The position numbers and the translations under genes are program-made. Shown here piece by piece: positions 26,215 through 36,530 of a stretch of DNA of 38,159 nucleotides. Under the pieces are notes generated by a model, which saw only the letters and a program-made list of their open reading frames with translations, ran no database searches and was not told the DNA's origin. Each line of letters begins with the position of its first letter. The stretch's first letter is position 1. This DNA is from Eledone cirrhosa (taxonomy: Eukaryota), in NCBI GenBank assembly GCA_964016885.1, contig CAXHJY010000149.1, positions 1-38,159 of the forward strand, in the 5' to 3' direction.

Positions 26215-26343
26215 TCATATTTGAGGATCGGGGTTCATGGATTTATGGACCAGCACTCTCCATTTTTTCTTGTCTCTTGCCATTGCCGTACATTCCGCCA
26301 AACTCCTTCTACTCTATTCTTTAATATCATCTGTCCATCTCCT
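26215..26343 (-). mobile_element. 3' remnant of RTE-like LINE
   Basis: minus translation RRWTDDIKE*SRRSLAECTAMARDKKKWRVLVHKSMNPDPQI*; RW.DDI.EW...A.DR..WR.LV is typical of RTE C-termini. Confidence 0.75.
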
Positions 26344-26344
26344 T

Positions 26345-26742
26345 AGTACTTGATTTGTACTTTACTTTTATCGACACAGTTTACCCCAACGAGATTTAAA
26401 TCCAGAACATAAAGCACCGAAACGAATACAACGAAGTGTTTTGTCCAACGATCTAATAATTCTGTCAACCTACCGTCTTGAAGTATTAGACTCATAATGA
26501 TTTGTTTGATCAATATAAATAAAGGGCAGTGAATTGGCAGCATCGGTAAAGCGTTGGACATCCTGCTTCGTGGTATAGAGTTACGGCCCTTTGCGTTCTG
26601 TTTTCAAATCACTCCTGGGTTATCTTTGCCTTTCATCCTTACGGGGACGATAAAATAAAGTACCAGTCACGCACTGGGGTCGATTTAATCGACTTTCTCT
26701 TCCCACCAAACATTGCTGGCCTTGTGCCTAAATCAGAAAGTT
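26345..26742. mobile_element. head-to-head SINE family A pair (minus 26345-26475; plus 26525-26742)
   Basis: plus copy near full length; minus copy GTACTTTACTTTTATCGAC...GAGATTTAAATCCAGAAC...AATTCTGTCAAC. Confidence 0.8.
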
Positions 26743-27169
26743 TTATCAGTATAATTAACAATTACACATAATAATGGCGGAAATGTGACGCCTGAAACGC
26801 CTTTATTATAAGACGTCTCTACCAGGGCTGACCTGGGGCTAAATAGCAGCATTAGCATTCAAAAAGTATGAAACAGGATTGTTGTTCGGTTCGGTATCAT
26901 CCGTCAAAAATAAATATTTCAATCTTAAGATTCCCATCTTGGAGCGTCTTAAAACATCCTACTTCCTGTTTCCGTAGCTGTGGGAATTGTGGTTTCAATG
27001 ATGCAATCTTATGTCTGGTATCTTCCCATCATAAATCCTTTAACAAAATGATAACAAAACTAGTCGTAACCTTCAAGAATTCTTGCTGGAAGGTAAGCTG
27101 GAAGGAAGTATGTGGTATCTTTTGGTACTACTGATGGAGTGGGTAGGTACATGGAGGTGAATGTTTTGA

Positions 27170-27545
27170 TACTACTACTACTGGTGGTAGTGGCGGCGGC
27201 GGTGATGGAGGTAGTGGTGGTGGTGGCGGTGGCGGTGGTGGTGGCGGCGGTGGTGGTGATGGTGGTAGCGGTGGTGATGTTGATGGTGGTGGTGGTGGTG
27301 GTGGTGGTGGTGGTGATGGCGTTAGTAGTGGTGGTGGTGATGATGGCGGTGGTGGTGGATGATGGTCGTAGAGGTGATGGTAGTGGCGGCGGTGGTGGTG
27401 GTGGTGTTGGTGGGAGTGGTGTTGGTGGTTGTTGCGGTAGGGGTGATGTTGGTGGTTGCGGCGGTGGTGGTGGTGGTCGTCGTGGTAGTGATGGTGGTGG
27501 TATTGACGGGTGTGGAGGCATTGGTTATGGAGATGGTAGCGGTGT
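27170..27545. repeat. (GGT)n microsatellite
   Basis: directly visible. Confidence 0.92.
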
Positions 27546-27607
27546 TAGTTTTGTTTTCGTAAGAAGTTTTTCATTCTTCCTATTTCAGATTTCTATCTTA
27601 TAATGTT

Positions 27608-27852
27608 TAGGGCTTTATCTACTACGTTCGCATGATTATGTGTGAGCATGTATATGTGAGTCTGCATGTATGTATGGATATATGTATGTATGTAGGTGTG
27701 TATGTATTTATGTATGTATGTATATATGCATGCATGCATGTATGTATGGATATATGTATGGATGGATGGATGGATGGATGGATGGATGGATGAATGGATG
27801 CATGTGTGTATGTATGTATGTATGTATGTATGTATGTGTGTATGTAGGTATG
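27608..27852. repeat. (ATGT)n/(ATGG)n tract whose unique left flank is duplicated at 31379-31515
   Basis: TTTATCTACTACGTTCGCATGATT.TGTGTGAGCATGTATATGTGAGTCTGCATG occurs in both places. Confidence 0.9.
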
Positions 27853-27889
27853 TTTAGTCGCCAACGACCCGACCATAGACAGGTCGTAC

Positions 27890-28115
27890 TGGGATACATG
27901 TTACCAGTAGCACCAACTGGTGACCTGACAGGTTTCTTGGTGAGGAGGGTGACTTTGGACATCCTGCAGGACTAAAAACAAAAACCTGTCAATGAGCAAA
28001 GGAGCTCTTAAGAGTCAATGGCCATCCAAAATCACCGGGAGAGATGACCCCTTAGCCTTTGTCAAGGCAGAATTCTAGGAGAAGGAAAACTCTGATATAA
28101 CACCTGCAACCCTGA
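27890..28115 (+). mobile_element. possible RTE-type 5' UTR remnant
   Basis: GGCAGAATTCTAGGAGAAGGAAAACTCTGA resembles a motif recalled from RTE 5' UTRs. Confidence 0.3.
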
Positions 28116-28445
28116 TGGTATCCAATGATGTTGACTTGTTCTTCTTTTTGGTAAATATCATCTTGGTTAAGAGAGTGGGACTGGCTTTGTGCAACGCCTT
28201 TGGTCACTATAAAAGCTTCACGGCACAGGCATTGCTTTATATCTGGAGATCTATCTGCACTTGTCATCACATGGTACCATGGGCCCAGCACTATGTGTCA
28301 ATAATTGTCACAGGTGTAGTGTTTGTACCAGAGTTTTCAAGTCGCTGGCTGGACTAAAAAGTCACACTTGTTCAGCGCATCGGTAGGGGTTCTCCTACAT
28401 GGATATAAAGTAGTGGCCGTACTCGAAAACGAGTTGGCAGCCACC

Positions 28446-28591
28446 ATGTAGGTATGTAGGCATGTATGTATGCATGTATGTATGTATGTATGTATGTATG
28501 CATGTAGGAAGGCATGTATGTATGTATGTATGTATGTATACATGTATGTATGTATGTATGTATGTATGTATGTATGTATGTATGTATGTAT
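28446..28591. repeat. (ATGT)n microsatellite
   Basis: directly visible. Confidence 0.95.
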
Positions 28592-28594
28592 CAA

Positions 28595-28880
28595 AAGCGA
28601 TTAAGGATTTCGCTTCAGAATCGTAAGGTCCCGGGTTCAATCTCACTGCGTGCCATCTTACAAAAATGTCCGAACGAGTGAAATTGGATAGACAAACATT
28701 GTGTGGTAGATTTTGGATGTCGGATGGACTGCGTCTGTAAATTCAAAGAGTAAATTTTGTTACACTGTGAGACGCTGATTTCTCTTGAGAATTACATTAA
28801 TGGTACACGTGCCTGTGGAATACTCAACCAATTAACACGTTAATTCATTGTGTAGGTACGAACAACTAGAAATACCATCA
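28595..28880 (+). mobile_element. tRNA-derived SINE (family B-related)
   Basis: B box GGGTTCAATCTC; body CATTAATGGTACACGTGCCTGTGGAATACTCA; related copy at about 29165-29400. Confidence 0.65.
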
Positions 28881-28929
28881 TCAGCAATAATGGCAGATAT
28901 GGATATCTGTAGTGACTGAAGACTGTCCA

Positions 28930-29160
28930 AATAATTGTTTCTACTTCTGACACAAGACCAGCAATTACCCTAGTGCATTACTGGTACTTCATCCGTAAGT
29001 ATGAAAGGCAAAACTAACCTCGGCGGGATTTGAACTCAGAACGTAAAGGGTCATAACTCTATGATGCAAAACATGGTGTCTGATGCTCTACCGATACTGT
29101 CAGTGTTCACTTGAGACCATTATGTTCAGATTTGATCCCTCTGAATGACATCTTGTACAA
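28930..29160 (-). mobile_element. SINE family A plus 60-bp flank; inverted paralogue of 33274-33480
   Basis: reverse complement TTGTACAAGATGTCAT.CAGA.GGATCAAATCTGAACATAATGGTC...AAGTGAACACT..CAGTATC matches 33274 onward. Confidence 0.88.
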
Positions 29161-29543
29161 ATATACTTTATTTTAGCCTTGGATCGACCCAAGCCTTGTC
29201 GGGGAAGTTGGGTTGAAGGAAACCGTCTAGGAGTCCGTCGGATGGACTGCACCTACAATTCAAAGATCCAGTCATATCAAGCTCTACCACGCTGAATCTC
29301 CCTGCCAATTTCATTAAGAGCTCATATGTCTGTAAAATGCTCATGAGCAGACTGTTCTATTGATCTCACTGGAACTACACGCTTCATTGAAACTACTGCG
29401 AAATCCATATGCATTTTATTTCGGGGACAGCTGTTCTTTTCGGTAATCCATACATTTCCAGTGATTGTTTTTATATAGACAGATCAATAAGTAGATAGTT
29501 AGATTGAGAGAGGCAGGACAGAGATGGGAGAGTGTGGGATGAG

Positions 29544-29546
<3 letters not shown>

Positions 29547-29592
<46 letters not shown>

Positions 29593-29720
29593 GGCGGAGA
29601 GAGAGTGAGAGAGGGACATGGAGAGAGAGTGATAGAGAGAGGGAGACACGGAGAGAGTGAGAGAGAGAGATAATGTGTGGGAGAAAGAGAGGGGATAGGG
29701 GAAGGAAGGGAAGAAACACA
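29547..29720. repeat. (GA)n microsatellite
   Basis: directly visible. Confidence 0.92.
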
Positions 29721-30426
29721 AGTATAGAGAAGAGGAGAACAAAGAAAATGTTCAATAAGTGAGTGTTAGTCTTCTGTAAAACGAAGACTTTCTCAAAAAA
29801 GAGAGAATGAGCTGAGTACCACATGCAAAGTTAGTTATTGTTGCTGTTGTTGTTGTCGTGACCATCCACGTTGTTGCTGTTGTCTTTAAACTCAGGCTAG
29901 AAGTAAACTGTCTAATATGTCCTCTTTCCTTTTATGCAGCAGGTAGACTCTACCAGCTGCAGGTAGACTCTACCTGGTAGAGTGAGATTTGAAATGAATT
30001 CAGCTGCCATTTCTAGTATGTAGTAAGAAATTTCGATGAATTGGAGGATGAATGGATCGGTGGATGGGTGGACTGATTGATATGGAAATACATGGAGGGA
30101 GGTATGGTTTGGTGAATTGCTTGAAGGGTTGTTGGGTAGCTTAGTGATTTGGTGAATGAGTGAAAGGAGAGCTGGATTGATTTGTGAATTGCTGGATTGA
30201 TTTGGAATTGCTGGATTTGTGATATCTGGATGACGGATGGCGGATGGCTGGAAGGCTAGCTAGATAGCTTGGGGAATTGATGGATGGGTGTTATGACAGC
30301 TGGACTGCTTGCTGATTTCGTGGAGCAATGGTAGATTAGCTCAACAGCTTATTGGAGTTGTGGACGGGTGAAAGGATAGCAAGTTGACTTCGTGGATTGC
30401 GGATGTTGGATAGGATGCTTTAGTGA

Positions 30427-30551
30427 ATTTGACGATGGGTAGCTAGATTGCATTATGAATCAATAAAGATGATTGCTTTTCTGGTTTTGATAACCAGAAA
30501 AGCAATCGTCTTTATTGATTCATAATGCAATCTAGCTACCCATCGTTAAAT
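30427..30551. repeat. palindrome with 60-bp arms and 5-nt loop
   Basis: arms 30427-30486 and 30492-30551, two mismatches. Confidence 0.92.
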
Positions 30552-30603
30552 GTTTGTTTCAGGAACATTCATTTTTTTAGTGTGTGCATATATATATATA
30601 TAT

Positions 30604-30881
30604 ATTAGAAATATAAGCTTTCACCGTATATTTTACTAAAGAAATTTTTAGCCTGATAGTGGGGTTTTAGAACCCTCAGAGAAATGGAAAAAGGTAGCAC
30701 AGTGGTCTGGATAACCAAAGATGTGGGTTCGACTCCCATGTACGTCAATACTCATCTTTTTCCATTTCTCTGAGGGTTCTAAAACCCCACTATCAGGCTA
30801 AACATTTCTTTAGTCAAAAATACGGTGAAAGCTTATATTTCTAATTTCAAACTCGCTCACTGTTTCAAAACATACTTACTT
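30604..30881. mobile_element. foldback insertion in (TA)n: arms 30604-30693 and 30756-30845 around a tRNA-like A/B-box spacer, 36-bp right extension
   Basis: about 90-bp inverted arms; A box TAGCACAGTGG 30695-30705; B box GGTTCGACTCC 30726-30736. Confidence 0.85.
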
Positions 30882-30893
30882 ATATATATATAT

Positions 30894-31237
30894 TAGAAAG
30901 TGAGGGTTTTTCTACAAAATGAAAAATAACCGAGGTGTCTTACACGAGTGAAAGTATAAAGAAAAAAAGATGAAGTCGAAAATGCAACTGGAGTCTTATT
31001 TTTTTTTAAATATATATATTTATTTGGTTCCTTTACGGGTTTCGCAGTTCTTCTGCTTTTCAAAAGTAGAGTTGAGATGGAGGTTTTTCTCACAGAAAAC
31101 CGTGAGAAAAACCACAGACCCTCCATCTCAACTCTACTTTTGAAAAGCAGAACTGCGAAACCGGTAAAGGAACCAAATAAATATATATATTTTTTTTAAA
31201 ATAAGACTCCAGTTGCATTTTCGATTTCATCTTTTTT
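30894..31237. mobile_element. foldback insertion in (TA)n: arms 30963-31083 and 31119-31237 with degenerate HHR, about 69-bp left extension
   Basis: about 120-bp inverted arms; TTGAAAA-GCAG/CTGC-GAAA-CCGG-TA-AAGG at 31136-31170. Confidence 0.85.
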
Positions 31238-32049
31238 ATATATATATATATATTTATATATACATACATACATATATATATTTACATATATATATATATA
31301 TATGTAAAAAAAAAAAAGAAGTGACATAGTCACTACTTTAAAACTGATAGCGAAAGGTCTTCTAAATGTTTTTAAGGGTAGGGTTTTATCTACTACGTTC
31401 GCATGATTGTGTGTGAGCATGTATATGTGAGTCTGCATGTATGTATGTATGGATATATTCATGTATGTAGGTGTGTATGTATTTATGTATGTATGCATGC
31501 ATGTATGTATGTGTGTATGCATGCATGTATGTTTGTATGTATGTATGTACATATATATATGTATGTGTTTGTGTGTGCGTGTGTATATAAGTAAGTAAAT
31601 ATATGTGACTGTGTATGTATGTATATATCTATGTGCATATATATATATATATATATGTGTGTGTGTATGTGTATATGTGTGTGTATAAACATATGTGTAT
31701 AAATATATATACATGTGTGTGTCTGTCGTCTTTGAATGTGTTTGTACCATATTCCTGTTAATTACATCCATAAATATCCTACACAGACATCATTTAACAA
31801 AAGTTAGAACTCGAACCGGGGGAAAACTATGAACTTTTTTTTCTTGTTGATGCAAATGTGAGGTGTCAAGGGTTTTAATCAGCTAGCGGTGTGTAGAAAA
31901 AATAAAGAAAAAGAATCAGGGTAAAAAAGATTGGCAAATGAAATGTAAAAATATATATACAGTATATATATGCAAGAATGAAATGGAAATTAAGATAGCA
32001 GGGAGGGGTATATTAGGTTTTTAGGGCTGACATAGAAGGTGACGGTAGA

Positions 32050-32274
32050 ACGAGAGAGAGGGACAGAGTAGGTGAATGAGTGAGTGAATGAGAGAGAGGA
32101 AGTGAGAGAGAGTGAGAGAGAGAGAGAGCAGAGTTGGTGAATGAGTGAGTGAATGAGAAAGAGGAAGAGAGAGTGAGAGACAGAGAGGTGGTGGAGAGAG
32201 GGATCAGAGTTGGTGAATGAGTGAGTGAATGAGAAAGAGAGAGAAAGAAATAGAGCGAGAGAGAGAGAGAGAGG

Positions 32275-32336
<62 letters not shown>

Positions 32337-32400
32337 GAGAGAGAGAGAGGGGGAGAGAGAGAGATAGAGAGTAGAGTTGGTGAGTGAGTGAATGAGAGAG
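32050..32400. repeat. (GA)n tract with repeated AGAGTTGGTGAATGAGTGAGTGAATGAGA unit
   Basis: unit occurs four times. Confidence 0.92.
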
Positions 32401-32879
32401 GGTGACGAGAGCATAAAAAATTAGATATGCGTTCTATGGTGAAAAGAGATAAGGTTCTGTGGGCATATGTGCAGGGGTGTTTGAAATATTTGTGTGTCTG
32501 TTTATGCAATGGATTGCATATATACGTGCATACGTGTATATATCTGGGTGTAAATGAGTATTTGTGTATTTATGTACATATGAGTGTGTGTGTTTATATG
32601 CGTGTGTATGTCCACGTGTACGTGTGTGTGTATGAGTGTTTGTAACTGTGTACACAGACTTTAATTAGAATTCCTACCGACATTTCATCAACATTTGACA
32701 ATAAATGTCTGTTTGATAATAATAAATATCAACAACAATAATAATGTTTCTGAGAAGGAGAAAGAAGGAGAGGTTAATGATAAATAACAACCAAAAAAAA
32801 AACGATATTACTATTAATTCATCATCATCATGTCATTATTATTATGTCGTTCCTTGTGGCCAATAAATAAAATCATTAT

Positions 32880-33650
32880 GGTGAATTGGCAGTATCGGTA
32901 GAGGGAGGGACGCCATGCATTCCAGCATAGTTACGTTCCTATACGATCTGAGTTCAAATCCCGTCGAGGTTAACTTTGCCTTTCATTCTTACGGGATCGA
33001 TAAAATAAAGTACTAGTAATGCACTGGGTAATTGCTGCCCTTGTGCCAAAAGTAGAAATAATTATTATTGGTGAATTGGCAGTATCAGTAGAGGGTCGGA
33101 CACCATGCTTTCCAGCATAATTACGTCCCTGTATGTTCTAAGTTCAAATCCTGCCGAGGTTAACTTTGCCTTTCATCCTTATGGGGTCGATAAAATAAAG
33201 TACCAGTAATGTACTGGGTTATTGCTGGCCTTGTGCCAAAAGTAAAAACAACAATTATTATTATTAGGTACACTTGTACAAGATGTCATACAGATGGATC
33301 AAATCTGAACATAATGGTCGCGAAGTGAACACTACCAGTATCAGTAGAGAGTCGGGCACCATGCTTTTGCAGCATAGAGTTACGGTCCTTTACGGTCTAG
33401 GTTCAAAATCCCGCCGAGGTTAGCTTTGTCTTTCATCCTTACGGGGTTGATAAAATAAAGTACAAGTAATGCACTGGGTTCGATTTAATTGACTTTCCCC
33501 CCTCCCAAAATTGTTGGCCTTGTGCCTATATAAGAAAGTTTTATTATTATTAAAGACTTTGCCTTCCATCCTTACGGGGTCAATAAAATAAAGTACCAGT
33601 AATGCACTGGGTTATTGCTGGCCTTGTGCCTAAAGTAGAAACAATTATTA
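32880..33650 (+). mobile_element. tandem cluster of four SINE family A copies
   Basis: copies at about 32880-33062, 33070-33250, 33337-33540 and 33555-33645. Confidence 0.93.
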
Positions 33651-33745
33651 TTAAAGACAGCAAGGATCAGAGGAAAGGGTGAAGGGACACAAGAGATGAC
33701 AAAAAGGATGTTTGTAGTGAATCAATCGATTTTTAGTTTTACAAA

Positions 33746-33776
<31 letters not shown>

Positions 33777-33945
33777 ACAAGGAATTGTGGTAAGGAACCA
33801 GATAGACCATTACGTACCAGAGTACTCAATACTTAGGGTAGTAGAGTGGGAAATAGGAAAAAGTATGACCCCGACGGCAGAGCTCAAGCCGTTTCGACGG
33901 CTATTTCTGCTTGAGCTCTGCCATCGGGGTCATATTTTTTCCTAT
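33777..33945. mobile_element. mini foldback of the PLE family 2 3' end in (TA)n (arms 33853-33889 and 33909-33945; 76-bp left extension)
   Basis: 37-bp arms, two mismatches; sequence homologous to the HHR 3' half at 18268-18322 and to 8553-8614. Confidence 0.88.
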
Positions 33946-34169
33946 ATATATATATATATATATATATATCTGTGTGTGTGTGCATAGAACAATGAAAAAA
34001 AGACAGACGTCAGATGTAGGTAGTTAGTTAGTTCATTGTTTCACGATCGTTTCAGAGGGGTGATTGATCATGGAAGATCGATATCTTGTCTAGCATGGTT
34101 GTGGTTAAGCTACTACGTATTTCTAGTCTTGAAATTCCTGTTCAATCGCCGTCTTCTTCAGCAAAGAAA

Positions 34170-34333
<164 letters not shown>

Positions 34334-34649
34334 AAATCCCTTTACACTCCAGTACGTATATATGAGGAAAAGTAAGTATCAATTACTTTTCCTCACATTT
34401 TATTTTGTTAATAACAAAATTAATGATAATGAACATAATAACAATAATCAGTAAGAACATAATAACAATAATCATAATGATAACAATAGCAACATCATAA
34501 TTTCTATCATTAAATAATAATGTAACATTTGATATGTCATAGTAGAGAAAGAAAGTGTTATCTGCATCTATAAGATTTTGTTTGTTACGTATATGTGAAT
34601 ATATATACATATTTATGTACTTACATATGAATATGTATATATAAACAAT

Positions 34650-35485
34650 CACATCACCATCACCACCAACAATAACACTATATCAACGCCACCACCAACA
34701 ACAACACCATCACCATCACCATCAACAATAACACCATCACCATCACCACCAACTATAACACCATCACCATCAACAATAACACCATCACCATGACCACCAA
34801 CAATAACACCATCACCATCACCATCAACAATAACACCATCACCACCAACAATAACACCATCACCATCACCATCAACAATAACACCATCACCATCACCATC
34901 AACAATAACACCATCACCATCACCATCAACAATAACACCATCACCATTACCATCAACAATAACACTATCATCAATGCCACCACCAACAATAACACCATCA
35001 CCATCACCACCAACAATAACACCATCACCATCAACAATAACACCATCACCATCACCATCAACAATAACACCATCACCATCACCATCAACAATAACACCAT
35101 CACCATCACCATCAACAATAACACCATCACCATTACCATCAACAATAACACTATCATCAATGCCACCACCAACAATAACACCATCACCATCACCACCAAC
35201 AATAACACCATCACCATCAACAATAACACCATCACCATTACCATCAACATTAACACCATCACCATCAACAATAACACCATCACCATCAACAATAACACCA
35301 TCACCATCAACAATAACACCATCACCATCAACAATAACACCATCACCATCAACAATAACACCATCACCACCAACAATAACACCATCACCACCAACAATAA
35401 CACTATCATCAATGCCACCATCAACAATAACACCATCACCATCAACAATAACACCATCACCATCAACAATAACACCATCACCATC
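34650..35485. repeat. minisatellite with 21/27-bp unit AACAATAACACCATCACCATC(ACCATC) and a variant unit ACTATCATCAATGCCACC
   Basis: more than 30 units; variant recurs at about 34964, 35150 and 35402. Confidence 0.95.
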
Positions 35486-35689
35486 TCAAACAGGTTAAGC
35501 CTCTGTCTTTCAAAACATGAGGTATGAGAACATCTGACGACGTCTTTGTCTGTTAACTTGGCATCTGGACAGGGATTGCACCGAGGAAGTAAAACATTTA
35601 TTTGCTTAAGATAAAATATGGATATCCACATTTCCTCTGAAAGATAGGGGTCAGATATACTTGCAAACATACACATACCAAACACTACA

Positions 35690-36012
35690 CACAGACTCAC
35701 ACACACACACACACACAGAGTAAGTACATGGGTACACACTATACACTCACTCATTACTCTCTCTTTATTTATATATATATCTACCTCTCTCTCTTGTTAC
35801 TACCTCTCTCTCTCTACCCTCTCAATGTCTCTCCCTCTTTACTCTGTCTCCCTCTCTTTCTCCACCCTCTTTATCTCTCTGCCACTCTCTCTCTCTCTCT
35901 CTTTCTCTTCACCTCTCTCCTCTCTCTCTCTCTCCACCCCCTCGCTCTCTCTCTATATATATATATATATATCCCCTTCCCCCTCCCCCTCTCTCCACCC
36001 TCTCTCTCCCCA
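35690..36012. repeat. (CA)n/(CT)n low-complexity tract
   Basis: directly visible. Confidence 0.85.
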
Positions 36013-36530
36013 TACATATCTCGCTACCTCCGTATCATTCACAGATGTCATCTTCCACCAGATTGACCTCCACCCGCACCCTGCAACACACGACGTATAT
36101 TTTCCATAACACAATTGTATATTTATGCTATAACATGTGTCTACACGAATAATATGCGTGTCTATTTGTTTAACACCATATAATACAGCAGAACGCAACC
36201 ATGCCTGTGTTTATGTAGTACTTCACTGTGTGTAAATACAGAGTGTATGGCTATGTGCCCAGATGTGTGTGTACGAACGTGTGTTTTCTGTACTTAAAAA
36301 CACATTTGCTTTAGGTATGAAATTTAATATATATCATATATATATATATATATATATCCTGATTCTCTTTGAGATGAGTTTGAATTATTTTTCCCACATC
36401 TTACGTTAACTATTTTTCCCATTTTGACGCTATAGTCACTTGTATATTATGACATGTCGTTCGCTTTTCGCTGCAGTGTTTTCTATACCTTTCATTTATA
36501 TATGTATATATGCATATATATATATATATG

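Noticed and set aside
26978-27092. Plus-strand exon candidate (CCGTAG ... AAG/GTAAGC)
   Set aside because: One open frame with no recognisable product, and on the opposite strand to the other candidate exon; cannot be supported without RNA data.
28115-28440. LINE coding fragment
   Set aside because: Complex sequence, but no RT or endonuclease motif recognised in any frame.
30694-30755. tRNA gene
   Set aside because: A and B boxes are present but no acceptor or anticodon stems can be formed; the spacing is too short.
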